A stretch of DNA of 64,000 nucleotides from Eledone cirrhosa. Taxonomy: Eukaryota. This document shows positions 1 to 13,458 of this stretch, one piece after another. The notes beneath the pieces are model-generated. The model made no database searches and was not told the DNA's origin. It saw nothing but the letters and a program-made list of their open reading frames with translations. Both the position numbers and the translations under genes were made by a program. Location: the NCBI GenBank assembly GCA_964016885.1, contig OZ024743.1, positions 326,368,001 through 326,432,000 on the forward strand, given 5' to 3'. Each line of letters begins with the position of its first letter. The first letter of the stretch is position 1.

Positions 1-599
1 TTACCAAATTCCAGTCGCAAGGCATTGGTGAACACGAGGCTATTGTAGAAGACTTTTGTCTAAGGTGTTAAACAACGGGATTGAAACCAGAACTACATTG
101 TGAAGCGAACTCCTTAACCACCTAGCCACGCTTCAACGTTAAATGTTAAAATGAAGGTAGATTTTAAATGAATTAAGTTTTTATTTGAAGGCAGAATTTA
201 CTTTAAAAAATATAGAAAAATTAAAATCAGAAAATATTACTACTCTATTTTGTAAAGGTTTCTAACAAAGTGTTTTACATTTGACTGGGATATAGACGGT
301 TCTAATGCTTAAAAATACTAATTTTAGCGACGCTGGAGGATTGAAAGATAAAGTAAACCTCTCTGGGACTTGAACTCAGAATTTAAAGTTATATTACTAA
401 ATACTGAAAAGTATTTAGTTTACAGCTCCACTGTTTCTGTCACTCAATTGTTCAATATTGAAAGAACGATTTCGTAGCTTACACGAGGAGGGATAAGCAG
501 GTTGGTCTCTTGATTGAACAACTAGAATACTCATCATTGAAACTGACGGAGGTCCATTCCACTGTTATTGATAATGAAATATAAGAAATGTTAACTTAC

Positions 600-725
600 C
601 TTGTAAGTAATGCTCTCAAGATCATCATATCCAACCCACTGGTCTCCACCAAAAGCGTATGGTACTTTCATATCATTCAACCAGATTCGGCGCCAAGGAT
701 TTGTTCCCTTCTGGAAGGTACATAT
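600..725 (-). CDS. GH18 chitinase(-like) internal exon (ICTFQKGTNPWRRIWLNDMKVPYAFGGDQWVGYDDLESITYK); gene continues beyond the window start
   Basis: 126 nt, ttacag acceptor and gtaagt donor. VPYA..QWVGYDD..S...K is the conserved GH18 chitin-insertion-domain motif. Joins in phase 0 to the exon ending ...SFYE. Confidence 0.93.
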
Positions 726-816
726 CTGTAAGAAACAATACATATAGATATCATATTGAAGGAGAAAAAAGTGTAGCGAGCGTCATTGACTGCGATATAT
801 TTATTGGTGCAAACTT

Positions 817-950
817 GGCTTTGTGGTTAACAGGTTTGCTTAGCAATCACGGGATTCCGAGTTCAATCCCTCTACACGACACTTCAGGCAAGTGTCTTCT
901 CTCATAATTTCGAGTCACCCCAAGCATTGTCTGCGAACTGTTTGGAAACC
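817..950 (+). mobile_element. tRNA-derived SINE, family 1 (octopus OK/OR-like). Other copies at about 1-135(-), 3580-3840, 8688-9010, 11470-11800, 14040-14710 and 55500-55737(-)
   Basis: A-box TGGTTAA and B-box GAGTTCAATCC, followed by a shared ...GGCAAGTGTC...CCAAGC(C/A)TTG...GGAAACTGTTTGGAAG body that recurs across the window. Confidence 0.75.
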
Positions 951-1723
951 TATTGGAGGAACTATATGATTAGCCGTGCTTTCCTGCCATTATTCTTGGA
1001 AGCCCTGTAAAGACCATGGGCGCTGATCTTCCTCCTTTGATTAAGTTCCCTCCTCCCATACATGAATCGAGGAATAGCAAAGTTGAACCTTACAGAATTT
1101 GAAGCCTGAACCTAGAGGTTCGATATTAAATACATTATTTAATGTGTTCTTCCTTTATCCCGACAAACAGCGCAATTTGAGGAAGATTTGGTTGTCATTT
1201 CCTGGCAGGGCGAGTGATCACGTAGAAGTTGACCCTGCTGGATTTTAGTAGAGACCACACCCGAGACGGGAAAATGAATTTAGTTACAGAGTAACGATTG
1301 TCTTTCTCTTCTGCAAACATCGTTGGTACTGTATATCCCAGAACAGTATTTAGAGGTGGGGTTACAATCATTAGGCCCCAATGTCAATCTAACTGCTTGG
1401 CATCTTAGGTAAATGCCGTCTACCATACCCTCTGGTCGACTCATGCCTTATGAATGAAATTGGATAGTAGGAAACTGTTAAGAAGCTCATCGGATGGATT
1501 ATACCTGTGGAATATTCAGCCACTTGCAACGTTAATTTCATGAGCATCTTCCGTTGATCGAATCAACTGGAATACCCCTCGCTAGAGCCGGTGACAGTCC
1601 AACGCACGCATGTGTATTTGTTTAATTGGACATCAATTAATCTGCAAATCACGCCTTTACCATCAGTCACAAAAATGTAGAAAGCACTCCAGAAACTATA
1701 TTTATCACACCACTCTCTCTCTT

Positions 1724-1776
<53 letters not shown>

Positions 1777-2804
1777 GTATTTTTATATATATATATATAC
1801 GTACATATATATGGAAGATATATATATATACGTACATACACACACATATATATGGAGGAACCTTTTTGTTTGTATGTTTATTTGCAGTGGTGGTGGGGCA
1901 GGTCATGGCTTATATTGTGGTTTATTTATACAATATACCTGTATACGACCTTTAAATTTTATGAAAAAGTTTTTTTCCTTTTTGCAATTTGAATATAGTC
2001 AATATTTCACATTTATTTGTAGGGATAGTAGTTGACATGGAATATAAGACTGATGATGACAACAACGATGATGATGATGATGAACGTTTACAGTATTAAC
2101 AATCTAAGTGGTAACAACAACTCTACTTATAATGCTAACAAAAAAGTTAACCTTCTCCATATTAAATTAACATCTATTATCTATGCTTGCTTTAAGACAC
2201 GCAGTCTGTATTGCCACTTCCTGCTGGTGTGGTGATTGTTATTGTTGTAGTTATTGTAGTAGTAGATGTGCTTGTTACTGTTGGTCTTCCTTTATTTTTT
2301 ATATTTGTTTAATCAGGAAGGAGCTGCGATCGTGGCCTTTGCAGCCTCTCAGAGATTGATGAGATCAGCGTAGTCAACGTTCCTCTTGAACCTTCCACAG
2401 CTAAACACCATTCACATGCAACCTAGCCACTTCACACCAAATATACACCGATTCCATGAACAGATAAATCGAAAACATCCTGGGTCAAGCCAATTTTGTC
2501 TACTTCGATCCTCTACCCCACAGCCGATACAGAAACACTCAATCACTACAGATATCAAGAAAACATAATTGAACTTCACTCCGTTTAAATATGAACAGCA
2601 AAGCAACTAGTATTCTCACAATCGCTTCAAATGTTAGGTTTCACTATCATTGAAGATCTCGACTGACGGACACACATCTTCAATATAGCAAAGACTACAT
2701 CATAAAGATCTCTCTCTCTCTCCCAGATTCCACTAACCCTCTAGAAAGCTCAAAGGTGACTCACGATGCAATACTGTTCCCTGCATCCGGGGCTGGAGCT
2801 GCTG

Positions 2805-2858
<54 letters not shown>

Positions 2859-4984
2859 CTTAAATCATCAAAACCAGAGAAAGTTCATACGACTAACAAT
2901 TATAAAGCCGCTCACAAACACATTCCATGGGTGTAATGTCTCCTCCCTCTGCCTTTCTACCGCCATTACAGTGGCCTCTGCTCCTCCAACACTTCCAGCC
3001 AGTCACTCCTGATTCACTCGAGATACCACTCTATAGGATACAACCCGGAACTTTCTAATTGGGAAGCGAACTACTTAACCATTTAGATATGCTGCCACGA
3101 GTAATCGATATAGAATTAACGAAGTTTGTGGAGCTTGGGTTATTATGTGTAGCAAGATGTGAGGTATGACAATCTGAAATGGTGTTCAAATTGTAAAGGC
3201 CGAGTAAAAGAAGTCAAACGTCTATGTGTTTGTCAAGAATATAGGTAGGCACAGGTGGGCGTCAATCTCATAAGCAAGTTGTTCTGTTGATCAAACATCG
3301 AAACCGACGGAGCTCCATTCCACTCCACATGTTTTGTTTTACGCCAGTCTTAACTGAACAGACCAAAGCATTTTCAGGTGTATAAGGCCATATTCATTTA
3401 ATATTTCCTGTCCTTATACAAGATGGTAGGATTTGAGGGAGATTCAGCTGCTATTTTTAGCAGGACAAGCAATAACAGAGGGTTCGCTAGTATTGTTGTT
3501 GCCGTTAGTTCTGATTGTTGTTGATGTTATTGTTGTAGTGTTTGCCGTTACCAATGTCATCTCAGGTTGTGTGAACACAGCATAGTCGAATGGTTAAAAA
3601 GTTCGCTTCGTAATCATTAAATCTCGGGTTCGATCTCATTGCACGACATCTTGGGCAAGTGTCATTTACCAGAGCCTCGAGTTAACCCAAGCCTTGTGAG
3701 TGAATTTGGGTAGAGAGAAACTGTTTGGAAGTCTGTCGGGTGGACTGTTCCTGTAATTCAATGGACAAATCTTGTTACACACTGTGTCACGCCGAATCTC
3801 CCTGAGAATTACCTGCTCTGGAATGCTCAGCCACTTTCAATTTGTAGTTATTGTTACTGATGTTGCTGGTAGTGCGTTTGGAATGGACCTCCATCGGTTT
3901 CGACGATGAGTATTCCATTTGTTAAATCGACCCAAACTACCTGCTCACGAAATTAACGTATACATGAGGATTCCAGACATATGAGATCTTAACTATCAGG
4001 GATTGTAATAAAATGTGTAACGCTGTGGGATCAAACCAGAGACCTGATGATTGCAAACCTAATTTCTTAATCATTTTCCTTGCTTCGTCCACGGTATTGC
4101 AATGACGGTTAGTTTTCTGGTTGATACTACAATTGTAAATATGTTACTATAATTGTTGTTGTTGAGTATTTTGTTTAGTGTTATTGTTTGTTGTTAACTC
4201 AAACAATCGTGTAATTTGAAATTACTTTGATTCTTATCAGACAATCTATATTAATATATGCCGTAGGCTTTTTGATTACATTCCTGCGTACAGACAATCA
4301 CAGCCTGCCCCACACATGTATGAATGTATGTTTGTATCTATGTGTTGGCCTTTTTTCTTTCATCTATTTCTAACAGATTGTATTGGATTTTTAAAAATAA
4401 TTTTAACCATATATCAGTTCACAACGATGGCAAACTGTTCTAAACACTTGGATATTTTATACCAAGTGTTTACTACTATATATATATATATATCTATCTA
4501 TCTAAGGCGGGTAAAATTCCCGAGATCCATGGACGAGTACTCTCCAGCGGTCTCTGTCCCTCATTATCGCTGCCATATCCTGCATCTCCAACAGACCAGT
4601 GTTACTTTATTGTTACTTTGTTATTGTTTTTCATATTGTTTACTCGATTTTTCTGTAAAACCCCACTGTCCCAGTCTTTTGTATTGTCCCCTATATGTTG
4701 GCACTTGTGGCCAATACATGAAATCATTATTATTATTATTATTATTATTATTGTTATTATTATTATTATTGGCGACCTACGTAGTAAATCGTATCATCGT
4801 GAGCTCCGCAAAGGTTTGTTGTTTCCGTTTGTTAAAAATTGCTATTTATGGAAAATTTTTATTGTTAACTGTATATAAGCGCACATACATTGTTTTCCGA
4901 AAAGGACACCCAAAAAGATTGGGGCCTTGTGCCCAAAATTTAAACTTTTATGATTATCAAAATATTTCTTTGAAAAGATCATGG

Positions 4985-5301
4985 CTGATTCACCTCTTCA
5001 TTGCTGTAGTGGAGTCTGTGCTGCTGTATGGGTCTGAGACTTGGACACTGACCAAGAGACTCACTCAGATGGTGGATGGGTGCTACACGAGAATGCTGAC
5101 GATGGCTCTGAATATTAATCAGTATACACTGAGGATGAAAAACTCAGAGCTGTATGGGAGCATCCCAAAAGTCAGCTCAAAAGTGACACAGAGGAGACTG
5201 AGGTTGGCTGGACATGCTCACCGACATCCAGAGTTGACATTGCACTCAGTGCTCCTTTGGGAGCCCCTACATGGACACACTAGAAGAGGAAGACCAAGGT
5301 T

Positions 5302-5305
<4 letters not shown>
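4985..5305 (+). mobile_element. RTE-clade LINE 3' ORF fragment
   Basis: VESVLLYGSETWTLTK...RRLRLAGH...LLWEP..G.TRRGRPR, ending in (TA)n. Confidence 0.85.
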
Positions 5306-5352
<47 letters not shown>

Positions 5353-5356
<4 letters not shown>

Positions 5357-5751
5357 TAGTACTGGTGCTCTGAAATAGCAATGTATATATGAATGTACGT
5401 ATTGTATATTTATTTTAAAACATTTTGAAGGCCATTCGCTATGAATTTTAAAGTAGTGTCACATACCTTGTCTCGGCAAAAGCCAAGGGGAGTAATCGAC
5501 GGTGACCGTTTCTCACTTGTAAGTGGTTGTCAAGACTACATACCCCTTCGCTTTTGCCGAGAGTTATAGAAGCTGGTTCTTATAGAATTCCAGTTATGTT
5601 TATAAGCTGTTTAAACTCTAACATATAGAGCGGTTGCCGGCCCAGCAAAAATTAGAAATTAGTATTGGTGTTCTGAAATAGCGATGTATATATGAATGTA
5701 CGTATTGTATATTTGATAATATACTGTATGTTTATTTTAATACATTTTGAA
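5353..5751 (-). mobile_element. Small non-coding element with ~75-bp terminal direct repeats (period ~303 bp) and an internal hammerhead ribozyme (retrozyme or Penelope-pLTR-like)
   Basis: Repeats at 5353-5429 and 5656-5751, hairpin at 5471-5562, adjacent to (TA)n. Confidence 0.6.
5471..5562 (-). ncRNA. Type I hammerhead ribozyme, U3-A8 core variant
   Basis: Minus strand reads GTAGTC-TTGACAA-cCACTTacAAGTGa-GAAA-CGGTCACCG-TC-GATTAC. Stem I is extended by TCTCGGCAAAAGC/GCTTTTGCCGAGA. Confidence 0.7.
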
Positions 5752-6004
5752 ATCCAGCTTCTATACATACATACTATAGTTGTATATGAAGGTATGTACG
5801 ATATGTTTATGTATAATAAACATTCCAGAGTTTTGCTATGAATGTTTTATGCTATCATGTCAGAGCTATCCGAGTTGCCATGTGAGAATACACATATATA
5901 TATGTATTTAGTTATATGTATATCTATCAATGCTGGAGAGGAGAAGGGCTCCGGGAATCGAACTCACAACCTCATGATTATGAATATAACTCACTAAGCT
6001 ACAC

Positions 6005-6065
<61 letters not shown>

Positions 6066-6189
6066 TACATATATTTGATTATGTACTAAAAGTTGCTGTA
6101 CATGCTATTGATGAAGCGTTCCCCGAAGGATGGGCAATTGAGTTTGTATAAAATACCCTATATATATGTTCAAATAGAGAGCAGAGGAA

Positions 6190-6830
6190 CGTTTACGTGG
6201 AATTGATGTTATTCGCTGGATTCTATAATGTTCTGTAGCACAGTAGATGAAGTCGAGAAATTGTTAAATATCATTAACCACACGTGTAAAAGATTTGGGC
6301 TAACAATGTCATCCTAGAAGAAACTCAAGTGTTCAACAGTGGACTAGCAGAGAAGGAGTTACTTTTCAGCATAGATGGAATTGTAATAGAGAATGTGAAA
6401 GAATTTATTTATTTGGGAAAGGTGATTTATAGTGATCCAAAAGCATTTTCAATAGAGCTGCAAATATTAAAAGCAACAGCTAAATTTAATTGTTTCTACT
6501 TTTGGCACAATGAACTGAGAACAGCACTAACAATCTTCACTGTTAATATGAACGCAAAAAGAAAATTACTTAAAGAATGTATGAGATCTCGACTGACATA
6601 TTGGAGTAAAATCTTGGCTTCCAAAAGAAATTGAAATACGAAAAATGGAGGCGTGCTGATTCAATTTCAAAGAAGCATGGTTAAAGAGGGTTGGAGCAGA
6701 ATCAATTGTAATGAAGGAGAATACAATTTTGTATACACTAACGTAGAAATATAAAATATTGTCAAGACTCCCGTCTTATGGAAGATCATCTATGGACAAC
6801 ACATTGTGTATATCACACATATATGTCAAA
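6190..6830 (+). mobile_element. Degraded RTE-like LINE fragment
   Basis: IENVKEFIYLG...AKF...K.KLL....SRLTY post-RT motifs, with stops and frameshifts. Confidence 0.55.
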
Positions 6831-6972
6831 CAGAAAATACAACCTCTCTCTCTCTCACTCTCATATATATATATATATAGTAATAATAATAAATGTGAAG
6901 ACTAAAATACAAAGAGGGCTCGATAAGGGTGAAAGCAGCGATTCTTTGCTTAAACTTTAATCTGTTATTTTA

Positions 6973-7025
<53 letters not shown>

Positions 7026-7254
7026 AGACATGAAGCACACTGAAATCTTGGTGAAGTCGAACCCACAGAGATTTCACTCATCACTGTCTGCTGGGTGTGT
7101 TTGTAATTTAAGTTGGGAAGGCAGTATTACTCATCCTAGCGCCTATAGCCTTAAAGAAAGAGATATTCGGGATAGAAATACAACGGATACAAAGTAGCAG
7201 GGTTACATGTTTATAAAGTGTTGTTAACGTCGCCTTTTGTCTCTGGAAACTTAC

Positions 7255-7461
7255 CTCATAAAATGACAAAATACCAGGTTCGTTTGTCTGAGGGCCTGGT
7301 CGTCCGCCTCTATCAGTAGATACGTTCGATCTCACTGTTGGGGCACGTATACCATTCACTGCTGGATTAGCTAGAGTAAAGCTCATACCATACGTAGCAA
7401 TACCTACAATTAGTCGGTCCCGTGGCATGCCTTGACCGAGCCAAAAGTTTATGGACCAAGC
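7255..7461 (-). CDS. GH18 chitinase(-like) internal exon (AWSINFWLGQGMPRDRLIVGIATYGMSFTLANPAVNGIRAP...EPGILSFYE)
   Basis: 207 nt, tttctag acceptor and gtaagt donor. W...G.P..KL..G...YG.SFTL and G.L.YYE GH18 motifs. Confidence 0.95.
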
Positions 7462-10400
7462 CTAGAAATATAAAATAAGAAAAAGGATTTGAATAGGATG
7501 CACATGGAATAATTTGTTATACTGAGCAATTGTATAAATATTTGTTTTGTAACGATAACAACACAAGCGAATCTACAATGCGATTAGATGAAAACTATGG
7601 AAAGGACCTCCGTCGGTTTCGACGACGCGTGTTCTAGTTGTTCGATCAACGGGACAGCTTGCTTGTGAAATTAATGTACAGGTGGCTGAGCAGTCCAGAC
7701 ACGTGAACCATAACGTAGTTCTCAGAGAGACCAACGCAATGTATGACACGGCCGACCCTTTGAATTATAGGTATAACACCTTTTTGCTATCTGAGTGAAC
7801 AGGAGCGATGCAAAATATAGTGTCTTTCTCAAGGACAAAAAACGTCACCCGGAATCGAATTCATGACGTTTAGATCGTGAGCCGAAACCCCTAACCACCA
7901 AGTCTCAAGTCTTCACATACCCTGCATGCATGGTCCAGTAACTCCTGAGGAAGTCGAAGGAACGTCGTATTGACGGAATCAATCCTAGTACTAGAATGGT
8001 ACTTTTTTTATCGACCTAGAATGGATAAAAGGCAAAGTTGACCTCGGCAAGATTTGAACTCAGAGAGTAGCGAGCCAAAACAAATACCACAAAACATTCT
8101 ATTCGACGTTCTAACGATTCTGCTAATTCGCCACCATCCACATATTTTAGGTATATCAATACTAAACAGCATTGATATTTGATTTTGTTTTGTAATTATA
8201 GCAGCGCGGAGACTCAATACAATGGCGACCAGATGGGAACTAACTGAATCTGCGTTCTGATTGGCACCAATTCGAGTCTCTGGTTGTCTGCAACGTTAGA
8301 TGTAGCGACTTGATTGTAACAGCTGTTGCCGTTCGAAAATCAATCTTTGCATTGTATCGACTGGTCATTATGATGGAATAGACTAGTTCTAGCTAATATT
8401 GCACGTTTCTTCTTCATTATGTCATCTGCACAAACACGTCTCAACAATGACTTAAACATATGTGGATGCAGTTGATCAAAGAACGGCACACTGAACGTCG
8501 AAACTGACGAAGGTCCATTCCAACCATACATGCCGAAAGAGGAACATAAGTAGATAAATTGAAGGATATAATAAAGTAGATGACAGAGAAGAGAGAAAAA
8601 GGGATATAGAGAGAAAGAGAGTGAGAAAGAGAAATATCGAGAGAGAAGAGAACAATAATGAGAATAGAGGAAAAAGAGTGGACGGAGCATGGCTGAGTGG
8701 TTAAGGAGTTCGTTCCCTAATAATTAGATTCCGGGTTCAATCCGTCGGATGACATCTTGGGCAAATGTAATTTACCATAGCCTCTGGTCAATATATGCTT
8801 TGAGTGAAACTGTTTGAGTAGACGGCAACTGTTTGGAAGTCCGTCGGATGGACTGTACCTGTGGTTCAATGGACTAGCCATGTCACATTCTGTCATGCTG
8901 AATCCCCCTGAGAATTACGTTAAAGGTGCACATGTCTGTGGAATACTCAGTCATTTACACGTCAATTTCACGAACAACTGGAATACTCATTGTCGAAACC
9001 GACGGAGGTCCATCAATCGAGTAATTTAAAGGAAGCGAACTAGCAACAAGCCGCATTAGAAACTAAACCAGTAAGAGCTAACATTTTTTCTCTTGCTTAT
9101 TGTGAAGAAATTCTTCATCAGTTTAGAATAAAACGATATTGTAGAGTGAAAAGTAAGCAACTCAGTGACTCGACCCCTTATTCTGGGGTTTTAATTCTTA
9201 TTTAACGTAATTTCTATTATTTCCCTATTTACTCTAGAGTCCCGCATAATCGGGGGAGTGGGAGGGGCGATCGGTAATTTTTCTAGGTTGTATCCATTGA
9301 TATTTTTAAAAACCATGGTGAGTGTAGTTTTGCAAGCCTCTGAATTCAGAGCTTTTACAATAGAAATTGCGAAGGTGTAGGAAAATGTTTCAAGTTGGAA
9401 TTTATACTGTATCACCAAGACACGAACCAGACTTAATCACCATCACTGTCACACGTAGAGAGTTAGAATGTCAGAATGGCTACTTAAAAACAAATCTAGT
9501 TTTCTCTGGGAAGAACTCCCGCCCCCTTCCACAAACCAATAACTTGACACAAGGTTTCTTGCAAAACTTTCTACAGTCCTCTTTGTCAGCGAATAATGAA
9601 GTGATAATAGTGAACAAGTGTAAAATCTCGTTAACTGTAATCACACTTTGAACATTTTTTATTGTTATTTTACCGTGAGTGCAATGGCTACGAACATTAG
9701 CAGTTATAAATATTTGATGATAAGTGAAAGATATACTATAGCGAATGCTAAAACTATTTTAATTGCAATTATCAATGATTAAGTGTAAAGTGTCGAAAAT
9801 CAAAAATAAAGATAGTTGGTGTTTGAAGGGAGCATCAAAATGAATTTATAATTCAGTAAGTTGACTAATATTGTTAAAGTACAGTTACAAATAGTGATTA
9901 TCTTCACACCACTGAAAGTTCAATGTAAACACCATAATGGCTTTTAAATTTGAAGTAGGAGCAACATTTTTACACTGGATCAAGAGTCGTTACTGTCTTG
10001 TTAAATTAATGGGGCCATATTAGAAAATAAAAAATATTTTATATTCTCTTATTTGTTTTTAAAATTCGTAATTTCTTATTTTGACATAAGGCCACGGAGA
10101 CAGGCAAAATCTTTAAAGCGTTAGACAAAATTCTTTGCAGCATTTAGTTACGGCCCTTTACGTTCTGAGTTCAAAACCAGCCGAGGTCAGTTTTGCCTTT
10201 CATCCTTCCAGGGTCGATAAAATAAGGTACTAGGTATGTAATCACCCCCCCCCCCCCCAAAAAAAAATTGTTGCCAAAATTATTAATCAATATTATCGAA
10301 CTAGAGCGATGAAAGGACAAAAGACTACGGTGAAATTTAAATTTATAAATTAAATGAAAAAAAAAAAAGTTTCTTAAGAATTTAGTGTAGCGATCTATTG

Positions 10401-10639
10401 TTTTATCTAACCCTTTTGTTACGAACCAGCCTGAAACGGCCTTTGCTTCTATAATGCAACTCTGTTTATTTTAAAGTGTTTATACTTATATAAAAGCTTT
10501 CCATCACAATTTTATGTTAAAAAATGTTGATAAGTTCTGTTCCAAACACAAAATTAATAATCATTTCTAATTTAGACCCAAGACCAGCAATTTATGGGGC
10601 GGGAAAGTTGATTAAACCGACCCCAGTATTTGCGGGGAG

Positions 10640-10772
10640 GTTGGATAACACCCATGAGCTGGTCTCGCTTGGGGATCCAACCAGATCAGTTGGAGACTGA
10701 TAGGACTCACTGGAAGGAGTGTTTGAGGACTCTGCCCCCACGACTCTCTCAGGAATAAGTGGACGAAGAAGA
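10640..10772 (+). mobile_element. RTE-like LINE 3' end fragment (homologous to 11930-12130)
   Basis: Shared CCATGAGCT...CGCTTGGGGATCC..CCAGATCAGTTGGAGAC...GAGGACTCTGCCC...GGAATAAGTGG.CGAAGAAG. Confidence 0.65.
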
Positions 10773-10792
10773 AAAAATATTAAGTGACTTAC

Positions 10793-10919
10793 CTGGTTCA
10801 ACTGTGATTGTTCACCTTGAGGATCTGATGCAGAGCCATAAAGAGGGCTGTGGTGACCTGTCTGTGACTCCCACAAACCGTGATAGTTATAAGTCATCAA
10901 GAGCATGTAGTCGATATAT
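10793..10919 (-). CDS. GH18 chitinase(-like) internal exon (YIDYMLLMTYNYHGLWESQTGHHSPLYGSASDPQGEQSQLNQ)
   Basis: 127 nt, ttattag acceptor and gtaagt donor. D...MTY(D/N).HG.W...TGH.SPLY motif. Its first base completes the AA|A Lys codon from the upstream exon. Confidence 0.95.
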
Positions 10920-11040
10920 CTAATAAAAAGAAAAATATGATAAAATGCCTTTAATTTTTTATGGTGTCGTAGAAGCGCCGTCCTAACACACGGCGTATCT
11001 TGGGAATTTTAACCTGGTGTAACATAGCCGATTCCTTCCA

Positions 11041-11082
<42 letters not shown>

Positions 11083-11899
11083 ACTGACCAAAGTACTGAA
11101 CTAGCACTTTATTTATCGATCTCAAAAGGAGGAAAGGCAAAGTTTATCTCGGCAGGATTTGAACTCATAACGAATTGAACCTAAATTTATACCGAAGCCT
11201 TTTAAATCCGATACTCTAACAACTCTGTCAATTCGCCCCCTTTATATATTTAGAGAGAAAGAAAAAAAGAGAGAGAGAGAGATTTTGGTGGAATTGATTG
11301 GAAAGATAATCACAATGGTGGGATAGCATAATCAGAACGCCGGCAAAAAACCCCTCTGTGGTATTTAGTTACATTCTGAGTTAAAATTCTGTCTTTTATC
11401 TTTCCGGCTTCGATGAAATAAAGTACCAGTCAAATACTTGGTTAATTTGATATTCCTATAAACCAGAGGACGTGGAGGTCTGCTTGGCAATCATTAGGTT
11501 CCGCGTTCGATGTGACATTGTGGCATCTTGGGCAAATGCCATTTATCATAGCGTCAGGTCAACCCAAGCCTTGTAAGTGAAATTGGGTAGACGGAAACTG
11601 TTTGGAAGCCTGTCAGATGGACTGTATCTATAATTCAAGGGGTAAACCTTGCTACACTGTTTCACGCCGAATCTCCATGAGAACTACGTTAAAGGTACAC
11701 GTGTCTGTGGAATGCTCAATCACTTACACGTAAACTTCATGAGCAGACTGTTCCGTTAATGAAACAACTGGAATATTCATCGTCGAAACAAATGGCGGCC
11801 CAATACATGCAAAAAAAATGGTAGAAATATATATTTGTTGCTAGAGTGCTAGTGTGTAACTTCGAGTGAAACTAGGCGTGGCTAAGTTTAACTAAAGTT

Positions 11900-12135
11900 A
11901 GAAAGTCTCAGCAAAAATTCGCTGGACAGATTTTACGGGCAAAACCAACAGGCAGGAAACCTAGGGGTAGACCTCGAGCAAGATGGTTGATAACATCCAT
12001 GAGCTCGGCTGGTATCGCTTGGGGATCCTGCCAGATCAGTTGGAGACGGTTGCTTCTGAGAGGATCTGCTGGAAGTAGTACTTGAGGACTCTGCCCACCC
12101 CGACTCCCGGGAATAAGTGGGCGAAGAAGATGATG
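11900..12135 (+). mobile_element. RTE-like LINE 3' end
   Basis: Translates AKPTGRKPRGRPRARW, the typical RTE C-terminal GRP..RW motif, followed by a short 3' UTR with a GAA/GAT tail. Confidence 0.7.
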
Positions 12136-12192
12136 AATGGATGACAGAAAGCGAAAGAAGAGGTGTAAAGCTTGACCATAATGTTTTCTTAC

Positions 12193-12317
12193 TTGACAAT
12201 TTCCTTAGTTTCGTAAGATGCGCCGATATAATATGACCCGGATGCGGTAGCCAGAGTGAGGATGAGTTTCTCGAGACCAGTCTGCTGTGATTCTCGTTGG
12301 AAAGATTCTTGCAAAGT
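12193..12317 (-). CDS. GH18 chitinase(-like) internal exon (TLQESFQRESQQTGLEKLILTLATASGSYYIGASYETKEIVK)
   Basis: 125 nt, ttttccag acceptor and gtaaga donor, phase compatible with the next exon. Matches the EL..AF..E...TG..RL.LTAAV.AG...I...Y segment that follows the catalytic motif. Confidence 0.9.
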
Positions 12318-12363
12318 CTGGAAAATATAAAGTTGCAAACGCGCAATTAACTCCTTTGTTAAA

Positions 12364-12445
<82 letters not shown>

Positions 12446-12628
12446 GCACACACACACACACACATATATATATATACAACAACACACATTTTCTCACACA
12501 CACATGTACTGATGCACACAGTAACACGCGCACTCATATAGGCACGCAAATGTTTTCTTTTACGTTATACGTTTTTAATTGGATCCGCTTTAGTAGGGAA
12601 AGTGTGGGGAGAGCATATATGAGTGAAT

Positions 12629-12694
<66 letters not shown>

Positions 12695-13458
12695 TGGCTG
12701 TCATATAGTGTGTTACAGAGATATATAACAGCAATGTACTCTAACATGTGTGTCACTTCATATGTTATCGGAGTCCCTATAGTTTATAGTTAGGGTGTTC
12801 GACTTACGATCGTAAGATTGTGTTTGATTTTCTGGCACATGTTACGTTCTTGAGTAAGACACTTTATTCCACGTCGCTCTAGTCTACTCAACTGGCTAAA
12901 ATGAGTAATATCTTCTATTCAAAGGGCCATTTATGTCACACAGGTGACACATTGAAACTTCCTCAGAACTAAGGGCACACGTATCCGTGGAATGCTCAGC
13001 CACTTGCACGTTAATTTTACGAACAGGTTGTCCAGTTAATCGAACACCTTGAACATTCAGCTTTGAAACCGATGGAAGTCCAACCAGCCATTGGTGCCCT
13101 AAGTTTAAGAAGCAAGAATATGGGTTTAACTGTACCATGTTAGCCTGTTCCGACTTATGTAATCAGTAGCATATGCATGAATTTGTACATCTGTGTATTA
13201 AATCTACTACAGTAATTTATTGGTACTTTAATTTATTGACCCATGAATGGGACGGACGAAATGCAAAATTGACCCTTTGCGGGGATTTGAACTCAGAATG
13301 TAAAGGTCTGTAACTAAATATACACATCTATGTACACAGAAACACATAAATACATAAATACACATACATATACGCACATATATGTGCCTGATGTGCATGT
13401 GTGTTACAGAACAATAAAAACGAAACGAAAGTCAGAGATAGGTAGTTAATAGTTCATT

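Noticed and set aside
817-880. tRNA gene
   Set aside because: A and B boxes only, no cloverleaf, and it continues into a SINE body.
4316-5359. 347-aa ORF as a host gene
   Set aside because: A chimera of intronic sequence, (ATT)n and an RTE fragment ending in (TA)n.
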